A DNA stretch of 25,455 bases, from IMG/VR virus record IMGVR_UViG_3300005764_000077, positions 1 to 25,455 of that record; one strand, written 5' to 3'. A program made the translations under genes and the position numbers. The stretch comes from a virus (Duplodnaviria; Caudoviricetes). The notes beneath the pieces are model-generated. The model saw nothing but the letters and a program-made list of their open reading frames with translations. It was not told the DNA's origin and ran no database searches. The first letter of the stretch is position 1. Every line of letters begins with the position of its first letter. Shown in pieces: positions 7,360 through 16,084 of the stretch.

Positions 7360-10300
7360 TTAACTGTCCAATGACGGATCGTGGCTCTCGGCGGTGCCGG
7401 CTTCGGTGACGTGCGTCTCCGGGCCGGAGTCCGCATTCACCATCTGAGACATCCGCTGCGATCGCACTTTACGAAACGGACCGATCTGCGCGACGTTCTT
7501 GTGGCCACTGGTGTGATCCTTGACGTCAACATTGATGTTCGCCGTACCGAGCGCGCGCCGAGCGCGCCGCCGGGCGGCCAAAGCAGCGATCGTACCGCTG
7601 TCGACCTCGGCGCGGCTCTCTGCGGCCGTCCACGTCGTACCAGCGCCAGTCTCTGTCAGTGTTCCCGCGCGCGATGTCGTAACGCGCGGTGTCGTAATTG
7701 GCGCCTCACGGGTAGGAAGCTGACCCGCAACTTGCGTTCTTTGAGCCTCCAAAGCCGCGAGATCAGTCCGGCCTTGTTCCGCCTCTTCCTTCGTGAAAGT
7801 TTCGGCCGAGATGCCGCCCGACTGAAAGTGCATGCGATCGTAGGGCGTACCGCTGTGAAAGTGTCCGCCCCAAATGAATTGCTCATTGGGATAATTCTTC
7901 TGCTGATACGCCTTGGCGAAAGCCGCCATCCTCGCGTAGAGGCTATAACCGGCAACACTGCGATCTCCGGTGTAAGGGACTTTGTTACCTTTCTCATCGT
8001 AGATTTGAATGTCGATCGCGCGACCGCTCGGATGCCACGGCGTCCCCGTCGATCGCGGATCAACGCTCGAAATAACTTCCGCGCGGTAGCCCGGAGGAAG
8101 AACTCTGGACGCTTGTCTTACCGTATCGACTAGCCACTCTTGAGTTTGGACACCCCCTCTTCGATACCCGTGAGCTCCGGCCTCACCGAGACGAATCTCT
8201 CCGCCCAAACGCGCGCCAGCCGCACCCGCTTGCGTACCGACCGAACCGGCCGTCGTCGGTGTCGTCGGTGTCGTCGCCGCGCCGCGTCGCATCCGCTCTG
8301 CGAACGCTCGTGCTGCCGGGCCGGAATAATAGAAATGCTCGCCTCGTCCTGGTCCCGCGTCGCCTATCCGAGTGACGCCAGATCCTTCCTTCGGGACTTC
8401 GGGCTGGCCATACTTGTTGGTCCCCTGATCGTCACGGAAGTCAGTGATGTTAGAGCCGCCCGCGACTCTGCGTATGGCTTCGTAACCGATCTTCTTATCT
8501 TGCGCAGTAGGCGGACCAACTTCATTCCGATTAACGGGGCCGTAAAATCCGGTCTCTTTGCTGATCGTCGTCCACAGCGACTTGTGACCGAGCCGCATAG
8601 CGCGATTGATCATCGTCTCCATGACGCCTTGAGCACCGATTTGGTCGCCGTGGGTCTCGTGCGCGAGGACAGCCGAGATGCGATCACGCAACGCCGGGTC
8701 GCGGTTAACCTCATCCATGAGCGCGGCGCGCTGTTGCGCTATCCATTGATTGCCGCCAGCTTCGGTGGCAGTCCGAGTAGCCGCTGGACCGCTTGGCGTT
8801 CCTGGCAATCCTTGGCGTGGCAGCGCTTCCGGAGCTTGTGCTGGCTGTCCCGGCGCCGGTCCGCTCGGCGTTCCTGGCAATCCTTGAACGCCCCCGTAAG
8901 ACACTCTTGGCAGCTCCGGTGTCCCCAGCGCAGGATAAGCAACAGGGCCGACACCCGGAGTGCCACTTGTACCTGATGAAGTAGCGCCGCCGGGAGTGCC
9001 ACCGCGGCCACCGCGACCGTCGCCGCCACCGGCAGGGCCAGCACCGTACCCGCCGTAACCCGCGCCGATGCCGCCACCGAGCCCGGTGCGCAGGCCGCCG
9101 AACTGCGTCGAGAGCAATCCGAGCGGCTGCTCTTCGCCCCCGAGCAGGCGATTGGTGCGCTTCATCTGATCGATCAGCTCGCGCGTCGTGTCGTTCTCTT
9201 TCTCCATCAGGTCGCGGCGCTCGAGATTGGTCGAAGGCTCGCCATGGAAAGTCTCTTCGGCCCACTTAGCTGCTGGCCCCCAGTCCCGCATCGGCTCATA
9301 AGGTCCGGTAAAGCCAGCAACCCCGCCGCTCATGAGCTGTTGCGGCATGACCGCGCCGCCTGGCCGCGGCGAAGGACCGACGCCTTGCCGCTGCCTTCTC
9401 AACGCGTCTTGCTGTTCCGGATCTAACCCGGGCGGCATTGGCCCCGTTGGCACTGGTTTCCCGGCGCCCATCACATTGAGCAGGCCCTCGTCGCGAATCC
9501 TTTTCATCACACCCGCGATAGTGTCGAGCGCATCGCCCAGGAGCTCCAATCCGCGGATCATCGTCGGCAGGAACGTGTTAGCCAAAATCTTGCCGAACTC
9601 CTCGTCGATGAGGACAGCAGCATTTTTGATGCGTCCCATCGCATCGGCAAATTTTTCGGTCTGGCCGGTCAGCCGCCCCATCGCCGCCTCTTGCTCTTTC
9701 GTTGCGGTGACGATCTCGTTGATCTGACCGACGACCTCTGCTGGTAGCCCCAATATCGATAACGACTCGCGCATTTCAGCGGCCGCGGCTGAATCCGTTT
9801 TGCCTTCACCGGTCGCGCCTCGAATGACCGTAGGGATGCGCAAGATCATCGTCTCGGCAGCGCCCTTCTCGCCAGCGCGCAACTTCGCTTCGATCGTGTC
9901 GAGGTATTTGATCATCGCATCGGCATGCTCGCCGCTAAGCTGAATTAACCGCTCCCGCAACGCGCTGCCGTGTCGCATAATCTGGTCTTCGGCGTCGGCG
10001 AGAGCGTGTATGATCTGCCCAAACTTCTCATGCGGAATGCGGCCAGTCTGGCGCAACACTTCCTCGATGTTGCGAATCTGCTGCATGCCAATACCGGTGA
10101 TCGTCGATAGCTGTTTGAGCTCGTTCAAGTTCGTGCTCAGCTTCTCGAGTCCGATCGCCCCGGCGGCCATGCCGCCGCCAAGACCAACGATAGCAGTCGT
10201 CGCCAAACTGCCGCGGCTCGTCAGAATACCCAAGACTTGATTAACTTTTGAAAACTCAGTGCCAAAGCTTCCGACGATCGGCCGCAACTCACGAAAGGCG

Positions 10301-10437
10301 CGCTGCAGCCCTTGGATTTGCTCAACGTGCTTGCCGCTCTGAATTGAATCAAAGTCTTTCTTTATATCCTCGAGCTTCGACGACGCCTCGTCGACGAGGG
10401 TGACTTGAAGCTTGAGTTCTTCAAATTCCGTCGGCAT
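7360..10437 (-). CDS. Tape-measure-like protein 2 (1025 aa) with putative SleB/Hydrolase_2-like and peptidase M15-like domains
   Basis: N-terminus LKLQVTLVDEASSKL and a helical region; AVLAHETHGD..GVMETMINRA (about 8600-8680); WHPSGRAIDI...WGG.F..DRMHFQ (His 8032-8034, Asp 8011-8013, His 7828-7830); tape-measure position before gpN. Confidence 0.75.
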   Translation of the reverse strand: MPTEFEELKLQVTLVDEASSKLEDIKKDFDSIQSGKHVEQIQGLQRAFRELRPIVGSFGTEFSKVNQVLGILTSRGSLATTAIVGLGGGMAAGAIGLEKLSTNLNELKQLSTITGIGMQQIRNIEEVLRQTGRIPHEKFGQIIHALADAEDQIMRHGSALRERLIQLSGEHADAMIKYLDTIEAKLRAGEKGAAETMILRIPTVIRGATGEGKTDSAAAAEMRESLSILGLPAEVVGQINEIVTATKEQEAAMGRLTGQTEKFADAMGRIKNAAVLIDEEFGKILANTFLPTMIRGLELLGDALDTIAGVMKRIRDEGLLNVMGAGKPVPTGPMPPGLDPEQQDALRRQRQGVGPSPRPGGAVMPQQLMSGGVAGFTGPYEPMRDWGPAAKWAEETFHGEPSTNLERRDLMEKENDTTRELIDQMKRTNRLLGGEEQPLGLLSTQFGGLRTGLGGGIGAGYGGYGAGPAGGGDGRGGRGGTPGGATSSGTSGTPGVGPVAYPALGTPELPRVSYGGVQGLPGTPSGPAPGQPAQAPEALPRQGLPGTPSGPAATRTATEAGGNQWIAQQRAALMDEVNRDPALRDRISAVLAHETHGDQIGAQGVMETMINRAMRLGHKSLWTTISKETGFYGPVNRNEVGPPTAQDKKIGYEAIRRVAGGSNITDFRDDQGTNKYGQPEVPKEGSGVTRIGDAGPGRGEHFYYSGPAARAFAERMRRGAATTPTTPTTAGSVGTQAGAAGARLGGEIRLGEAGAHGYRRGGVQTQEWLVDTVRQASRVLPPGYRAEVISSVDPRSTGTPWHPSGRAIDIQIYDEKGNKVPYTGDRSVAGYSLYARMAAFAKAYQQKNYPNEQFIWGGHFHSGTPYDRMHFQSGGISAETFTKEEAEQGRTDLAALEAQRTQVAGQLPTREAPITTPRVTTSRAGTLTETGAGTTWTAAESRAEVDSGTIAALAARRRARRALGTANINVDVKDHTSGHKNVAQIGPFRKVRSQRMSQMVNADSGPETHVTEAGTAESHDPSLDS

Positions 10438-12720
10438 TTATTGCAACGTCGGTAACTGCATCTGACGATCGAGCGACACGTTCCCCTTGAACATGCCATC
10501 GCCATCAGCTTTGACTTCCGTACCGGCAGGCGCCTTCACGGTAACATTGAGATTGCCGCTCGGCTCCCTGGCGCCTTCGCCAAGTTCGCGATCAACGGCG
10601 CTACGATCAAAATCTCGCATCGGCGGCAAATCTACAGTTGGATCGTTTAATCGCCTATCTTCAATGTTTCTTGACCTCGGACTCTCCCTTAACATTCGCT
10701 CCCATTGTTCGGATCTAATGCGAAGTCGATCTGTAAGGTAAGGATATGCGGACGACACTTCACCATGCGCCGCTGCTGCTTCGTCAGGATATAAAGCAGG
10801 CGCGCGTTGCGCCGTTTGCTGCAAAGCTCTTTGCGCAGCTTGATACGATCGCACGCTCGGCCGTAGCGCGCTTGTCGGCGTTATCTCTGGCGTGCTCATC
10901 ACACCGAGTTCACTAGGACGCCCTACGCTCGCTGCCGCCGCGGCGCGCTGCATTCGCGCTTCCTGGCCGAAAGACGGCAGGATCTCAGCAGTAAATTGTC
11001 CGCCCGTCTTGAAAGACTCTGGCGTCTGACCCGCTCGTGTCGCTGCCGCTGCCGACACATCAACATCTTTTCCCGTCCATTTAGCCGGACCAATATCAGT
11101 ATGTTGTTCGATAGTTTGCGTGCCATCTGGCCATGTTACTCTGAACAAGCGACCGAGTGTTGCAGCGCTACGCAACGCAATTCCTTGCCGCTCCTCGGGA
11201 AAGTATTTCATTCCCCACATCTGACCTAGCGAAGCGCTTCCGGGCTTGTCCTGACTTTCATCGTGAAACTTTCCATAAGTGCCATACCACGAGCCTTTGC
11301 CTGTGATCGATTCCGTTGTACCGGGCCATGCTTTGCGAACTTTCCGCTGCGTCTCGATATCCCATCCCTTCCCGTGCACGGGTCCGACCGCCTCAGCCGC
11401 TGAGCCGCCGCCCGGTTGCGGCGAGCCAGGAGGAAGCGTCATCGGATTGCTTTCGCCGACGGCGCCGCCTTGTGGCGAATTGTGGAATGCTGGATTCTTG
11501 CCAATGCTAGCGGCACCAAGTTGCCCAGCGAGATCGCTTGCCGCCGCCGCACCGCCAGGTTTCTCCTCGCCCGATATCAGCGCATTGAAGCGCCTAAATT
11601 CCCTGACGAGTTCGGTCAAGTCGTCAACGTGTTGGTCCGCTTCGGTACTCATCAACTGCACAGGACGAGTGCCCAATGCTGGCGCCTCTCTTCCCAGCGG
11701 CGGGAGCTCGTAACTCGATGACCATCCGTGCTTTGCCAAGAATCCAGAAAGACCGAGCTCCCTGATCTCTTTTAACTTCTCATAGAGGCCCTCGAGTGTG
11801 GTGGCGACCCATTCGAAGCTCGTCACGACAAAGCCGCCTTCCGCAAAGAGGCTCTGTGCTTGCCAATCGTCATAATACATTCGGATATCATGCAAGGCGC
11901 TTTTGACTCGCCCCATCTGGCGCTCCCACTCCTCCGACATTTCGAGTAGCTTTTTGAGGTCCTCCTCTTCTTTCTCGGTCGCTGTTTTGATCTCGCCCCA
12001 TTCACGCGCGGCAACGGATTGTGGCAGTTGCAGACGTGCAGCAGCTCGGCGCCGCCAGCCCGTAGCAACTTCGGGCGGCAAATTCTGTTCGCGTGCAAGC
12101 TTCTCGAGGAACGCCGGAATATTCATATAGCGGCGCTGCATCGCGCCGAAATCTCTCCGCTTTGCTTCATCCGCCAGGGCGCCAAGAAAGTCCTCCGCAA
12201 CCTTGCCCATTGCCGGAGTTTCGGATTCAAACCATCTCCGTAATGGACTGCCTTCGCGCTGCAACTCTTCGAGTCCGGAACCGATCGAGTTGGCGATCGC
12301 CTCAAACTGCTCCGGCGGAATGTCGTTTACTCGACGCAGAACTTCATAAAGATTTTTCAATTGCTGCATGCCAAAGCCGGAATAAGTAGCGGTCCGGAAA
12401 ACCTCGTTCAGATTATCGGCGAATTCCTTCGTTCTCCTCGCCGTCTCGATCGCGGCCATTGCGATCACAGTAGCGATGCCTCCGACGGCGCCCCCGAACC
12501 GAGTGAAGACGGCGAGATGTTCGGTGACTTTAGCAAATTCGCCGGCAGCTTCGCCGGCGATTGGCCGAAATGATTTGAACTCACGGCTTATTTTTTCAAA
12601 AAAATCTTTATGCCGCTCATGGCTGATATGTTTAATCTGCTCATGAATCCGCTCGAGACCCGCCGACGCCTGGTCGTCGAGGGTCACTCGGACTACAAGG
12701 TTTTCAAATTCACTCGGCAT
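10438..12720 (-). CDS. Tape-measure-like protein 1 (760 aa) with a putative RlpA-like double-psi beta-barrel domain
   Basis: N-terminus LVVRVTLDDQASAGL; GKGSWYG...GIAL...GRLFRVT...TDIGP...DVDVSAAAA (about 10980-11310); C-terminal GNLNVTVKAPAGTEVKA; follows the chaperone genes. Confidence 0.75.
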   Translation of the reverse strand: MPSEFENLVVRVTLDDQASAGLERIHEQIKHISHERHKDFFEKISREFKSFRPIAGEAAGEFAKVTEHLAVFTRFGGAVGGIATVIAMAAIETARRTKEFADNLNEVFRTATYSGFGMQQLKNLYEVLRRVNDIPPEQFEAIANSIGSGLEELQREGSPLRRWFESETPAMGKVAEDFLGALADEAKRRDFGAMQRRYMNIPAFLEKLAREQNLPPEVATGWRRRAAARLQLPQSVAAREWGEIKTATEKEEEDLKKLLEMSEEWERQMGRVKSALHDIRMYYDDWQAQSLFAEGGFVVTSFEWVATTLEGLYEKLKEIRELGLSGFLAKHGWSSSYELPPLGREAPALGTRPVQLMSTEADQHVDDLTELVREFRRFNALISGEEKPGGAAAASDLAGQLGAASIGKNPAFHNSPQGGAVGESNPMTLPPGSPQPGGGSAAEAVGPVHGKGWDIETQRKVRKAWPGTTESITGKGSWYGTYGKFHDESQDKPGSASLGQMWGMKYFPEERQGIALRSAATLGRLFRVTWPDGTQTIEQHTDIGPAKWTGKDVDVSAAAATRAGQTPESFKTGGQFTAEILPSFGQEARMQRAAAAASVGRPSELGVMSTPEITPTSALRPSVRSYQAAQRALQQTAQRAPALYPDEAAAAHGEVSSAYPYLTDRLRIRSEQWERMLRESPRSRNIEDRRLNDPTVDLPPMRDFDRSAVDRELGEGAREPSGNLNVTVKAPAGTEVKADGDGMFKGNVSLDRQMQLPTLQ

Positions 12721-12904
12721 CGCTGTCCTCGGCTTCGCGCCGCATCATGCGACTGAGCTGGGCAGTGCGATAAAGATGAAGCTGGACTTCTCCGAGCGGC
12801 ATCGCCAAAAAAATCTCAGGACTGCAGCTATACCACTTAGCTAGGCGGTAGCAGTCCAAGACGAGATTTTCGTCGTTGCCTACCACGCCGCCGGATCTGG
12901 CAAG
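12710..12904 (-). CDS. -1 frameshift extension of the tail assembly chaperone (gpGT/gpE'-like; fusion about 214 aa)
   Basis: Reading LARSGGVVGNDENLVLDCYRLAKWYSCSPEIFLAMPLGEVQ... begins exactly after the slippery heptamer in the -1 frame; LAKWY...PEIFLAMPL resembles gpE'-type peptides. Confidence 0.75.
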   Translation of the reverse strand, partial: LARSGGVVGNDENLVLDCYRLAKWYSCSPEIFLAMPLGEVQLHLYRTAQLSRMMRREAEDSDAE

Positions 12905-13353
12905 AAAAAACCGCGTAACCGATACGCGCACGATGTCCAATCGCGCGGGTCCATTCTGTCGAGGAGGGGGGAAAGCACGCCGGATAGATTGGCCATGATC
13001 AGCGACATCTTCTTTTCGTCGATGATGACGTCGCCTTCAAAGTTGATCCGGCATGGGTTGCCGCAGCGATTGATATCGCCGCCGGTGGGCTCGCGAAATC
13101 TAAGCTCGGTAATTTCTTCGTTGTGGTTGCCCCTGATTGGCTTGTGAATGAGCCTCACCACAATGGGCCATTCCTCGAGCGGCGCCGCCGGCGGCTGACT
13201 TTCCATCGGCGGTGGTTCGGGTGTCGCGTCGATGCTGGCTTGGACCTGTGCCGGCGTCGTCGGCTGCGGACCATTACCCTGTGGCCGCGGCGGCTGCTGA
13301 CCGGGATTTTGGAAGCCTTCCCGGATAGGCTGACCTTTGGTATCGAGTTCCAT
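12880..13353 (-). CDS. Tail assembly chaperone (Mu gp41-like)
   Basis: LIHKPI...EITELRFREPTGGDI...LDRMDPRDW...RGFF; lies between tube and tape measure; Pro/Gln-rich N-terminal extension. Confidence 0.85.
   Translation of the reverse strand: MELDTKGQPIREGFQNPGQQPPRPQGNGPQPTTPAQVQASIDATPEPPPMESQPPAAPLEEWPIVVRLIHKPIRGNHNEEITELRFREPTGGDINRCGNPCRINFEGDVIIDEKKMSLIMANLSGVLSPLLDRMDPRDWTSCAYRLRGFFLPDPAAW
12904..12910 (-). promoter_or_regulatory. Programmed -1 ribosomal frameshift site T TTT TTC
   Basis: Minus strand GGT TTT TTC (G-F-F) near the chaperone 3' end fits X XXY YYZ in the correct phase. Confidence 0.8.
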
Positions 13354-13361
13354 GTTTCACC

Positions 13362-13730
13362 TCAGAACAAATTGATTTCGAGACAGGTGATACCTTCCCA
13401 TCGAACGCGCGCCTGACCATCACGCGTATTGATTTCGAAGCCGCCTTTAACTGTCGCAGCCTGTAAAGTGTATTGTTTTCCGTTCGCGAGCTGCGCAATC
13501 ACAGTCGAGTTGACCTGTGTGAGGACGTCTTCGAAGTTGAGACCAGGCACGGTCGAGAGGTCGCCTTCGATGTAAGGGACGCGAGGTAGTTCTTGGTAGC
13601 CGTGCACCCCATCCTGTCCTGCGATCATTGTACGCTCAACAGGACTCGGCGAGACGGTGAAGTTGCCGCGGAGAGCATATTGGTTGCCATCCACGGACAG
13701 GTAAGCGATGCCCGCAAAGCGCTGCGCCAT
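13362..13730 (-). CDS. Tail tube protein (Mu gpM-like)
   Basis: RFAGIAYLSVDG, RTMIAGQDGVHGYQELPRVPYIEG and LANGKQY; GGAG SD precedes ATG at 13730. Confidence 0.92.
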   Translation of the reverse strand: MAQRFAGIAYLSVDGNQYALRGNFTVSPSPVERTMIAGQDGVHGYQELPRVPYIEGDLSTVPGLNFEDVLTQVNSTVIAQLANGKQYTLQAATVKGGFEINTRDGQARVRWEGITCLEINLF

Positions 13731-13744
13731 GGCAGTTCTCCATG

Positions 13745-13833
13745 GCACTCCGCAATAGTGCTAATCCGCAAGAGGGGACGGCGCGGCGAGCCCGTTGCGG
13801 ACGGGCTTTTCGGTGATCGGCCTAGCCGCGCCG
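13745..13833 (-). ncRNA. Putative structured cis-regulatory RNA in the sheath-tube intergenic region
   Basis: 9-bp outer stem 13779-13787/13825-13833; 7-bp inner stem 13789-13795/13801-13807; the loop-spanning 7-mer at 13795-13801 is complementary to 13765-13771 and 13749-13755; small hairpin 13745-13749/13757-13761 beside the SD. Confidence 0.5.
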
Positions 13834-13847
13834 GTTCGGAAATAAAC

Positions 13848-15671
13848 TTAGAGCGCTGGGATCTGCGGCAGGATGCCGGTCATGCCGATGTTCGCGGGGT
13901 TCGGACCGATAATCTGCGTGTCGATGCCGCGATCGTATTGCAGACGGAATTGTGCGAGCACCGCAAAGACGCGCAGTTGGTTGATAAGATCAGGAGGATA
14001 CAATACGTTTAGGCGGTTGGGATCATTAGGGTCTCTTTCGACTATAAGGTGCTGTTTGAATGCGGTCAGATTCTCCACCAAACCTACCCACATATCTTCG
14101 ACATACTCCGCGATAAGCTCACCTTTGATGATACCAGGAGTGACTATGGCCTGTCCCGGCCCGAAACGAGTCCCGTCATCAGCTAGCTTGCACCTGGGGT
14201 ATTTGGACGTGATGACATACCTTTGGTTACGTATTAGCCTGGCTAAGGTCGCCAAGGTAGTGACTAATTCGTAAGCATCGTCTGTATACCCATATAGGTT
14301 AAGCTGGTAAGTGGTGGTTTCTCGGCTAATCATCGGCTGATTATCCGATCCAGCCTTTTGAGTAGCGATGCCATTACCGGCCAACGCGTTCAACTCGATG
14401 GTATCGAACCGATCTTGCAGCGGTGCGAGCTTCACCGTGTTGAGAGAAAGCGTTTGCAGCGGCCTGGCCGGATCATTGATTAACGCGCGCTGCGCCTTCG
14501 CCACATAGGCTGCGACCCAATCGCCGATCCATGACGGCGATGTGAGCTCGATGCCCATGATCGACGTCACACCGCTATTGCGCGTGTTGCCGAACGTGAT
14601 CAAGTTGGCATAGGTGTCGCGCCGCGCACTGAAAATGTGGCCGTAGAGCTGCCGGCGCCAACCCCACCTTCCGATGTCGGTAAAGCCGTATTCTTGCTCC
14701 CAATTAAACAGTGAGTTGGAATCAGTATACGGCAGCGCGACGTACTCGAAGATTTTCTCGCCGAGGTTGGCGATAGCTTGAGTGAAATCCGGAACGCCGG
14801 TTCCGCCGCTCAAGAAGCCCGGAGGTCCAGCCGGATTCTGGAACGTCAGCGAAGCCGACGCGGCCGTCGTCGCCACGCTCGTCGTATAGACGCCGGCACC
14901 CCCAGTCGTGCCGGACTGCTGATTGGTGATTTTGGTGCCAGCCGGGACGCCAGTGCCGGTGATCGTCGAGCCGACTTGAATGTTGCCGGTCACCGCACTC
15001 ACGGTCAGATTGATGCCGCTGCCGGTGCCCGTACCGGTCGCGCTCGTTCCCGCTGCGCCTGCAGGCAAGGTGATAGTAAGACCTTGCGGCGTGGCTTCGC
15101 CACCAATCGTGCCATAATAATTCATGTCAATGCGGATGTCGTTGCCGGTGACGCTCTTCCAACGGCAAGTGACAGTCACCACGCCGGCCGCTGATGTCGC
15201 CGTCACAGGCAAATCAGGCGTGACAGAATTGATCTCATAGACAATCGCCGATGCGATGCTCGTCGGCGTATCGGTCGTCATCACGTTGACGGGCACATGC
15301 TGACCAGCGATGTAGAGATCGATAGTACCGGCCTGCGTCGGCGCCGACGTGATTGTGATCGTGCCCGATGCCGCGACTGCGCTCCCAGGTTCGGGAACGC
15401 CCAGACCCCACACCTCGTTGGCGAAATTATTTGAAAAGAACGATTTGAAAAGCCGCGCAAGCTCCGAGCCGATGCCGAAAGCATTATCGGCCTGGCTCTG
15501 CGTGCCAACAGCGATCGGCACTTGCGGCGTCGCGTGACCGAGCGACGTCATGCATCCAACTAGCAAGCTCGGCTGGTGGATCATTGGCAGCCCCGCTTGC
15601 GAAGGATCTACCTCAACCCAGTACAACGGGATGCGAAGATCAGCCGGGATATTGTTAAAAGAGATAGGCAT
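13848..15671 (-). CDS. Tail sheath protein (Mu gpL-like)
   Basis: MPISFNNIPADLRIPLYWVEVD, FGIGSELA, DPARPLQTL, KYPRCKLADDG and LNVLYPPDLINQLRVFAVLAQFRLQY; GGAGG SD. Confidence 0.95.
   Translation of the reverse strand: MPISFNNIPADLRIPLYWVEVDPSQAGLPMIHQPSLLVGCMTSLGHATPQVPIAVGTQSQADNAFGIGSELARLFKSFFSNNFANEVWGLGVPEPGSAVAASGTITITSAPTQAGTIDLYIAGQHVPVNVMTTDTPTSIASAIVYEINSVTPDLPVTATSAAGVVTVTCRWKSVTGNDIRIDMNYYGTIGGEATPQGLTITLPAGAAGTSATGTGTGSGINLTVSAVTGNIQVGSTITGTGVPAGTKITNQQSGTTGGAGVYTTSVATTAASASLTFQNPAGPPGFLSGGTGVPDFTQAIANLGEKIFEYVALPYTDSNSLFNWEQEYGFTDIGRWGWRRQLYGHIFSARRDTYANLITFGNTRNSGVTSIMGIELTSPSWIGDWVAAYVAKAQRALINDPARPLQTLSLNTVKLAPLQDRFDTIELNALAGNGIATQKAGSDNQPMISRETTTYQLNLYGYTDDAYELVTTLATLARLIRNQRYVITSKYPRCKLADDGTRFGPGQAIVTPGIIKGELIAEYVEDMWVGLVENLTAFKQHLIVERDPNDPNRLNVLYPPDLINQLRVFAVLAQFRLQYDRGIDTQIIGPNPANIGMTGILPQIPAL
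14832..15044 (-). repeat. 71-aa Thr/Gly-rich module inserted in the sheath (copy A)
   Basis: SATGTGTGSG...QQSGTTGGAGVYTTS...LTFQNP; ungapped 49/71 aa identity to 16166-16378. Confidence 0.9.
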
Positions 15672-15718
15672 ACTAGCCTCCTATGTTTGCGTTCAACCTC
15701 GATGCGTCAGCATGGAGG

Positions 15719-16069
15719 CTATTCCTTCATTGTTGCGCGTCCGCGTACCGGCGCTTGTTGCGCAGGCACCTCGACATCTTGTAATTCAACAGTCACGTCG
15801 CCATCGCGCAGGCGACGCATGGTAAACTTGTCGAGCGGCCACTCGATCGAGCCCTCGTCACGAAAGCCAACTCCGCTCGGTTGATGCTTGAGATACTTGC
15901 GGATGGCTGGATCACGCGGCAGCACGCGCACGACCGCGCCTTTATTGGCTGCGGCGATCGCGGCCAGGCGCTCGGGATCTACCCGCCTGCCTTGCGTTGC
16001 CGCGCGAGCGATCTGCTGATTGGCCTTGCGCTGTTGCTGCTGCGCAGTCCTCACGTCGATTGTAGCCAT
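15719..16069 (-). CDS. DUF2635/Mu gp38-like small tail protein
   Basis: WPLDKFTMRRLRDGDV motif immediately upstream of the sheath; GGAG SD. Confidence 0.75.
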   Translation of the reverse strand: MATIDVRTAQQQQRKANQQIARAATQGRRVDPERLAAIAAANKGAVVRVLPRDPAIRKYLKHQPSGVGFRDEGSIEWPLDKFTMRRLRDGDVTVELQDVEVPAQQAPVRGRATMKE

Positions 16070-16084
16070 GGTCTTACTCCCTGG

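Noticed and set aside
10430-10445. The two tape-measure genes as one gene broken by a nonsense mutation
   Set aside because: They are in the same frame, but the second begins with its own copy of the MP(S/T)EFE N-terminal motif and both have matching C-terminal motifs, which indicates duplication.
14832-15044. Shared insert as an intein or intron
   Set aside because: It has no terminal His-Asn or Hint motifs, is too short, and is in frame with no sign of splicing.
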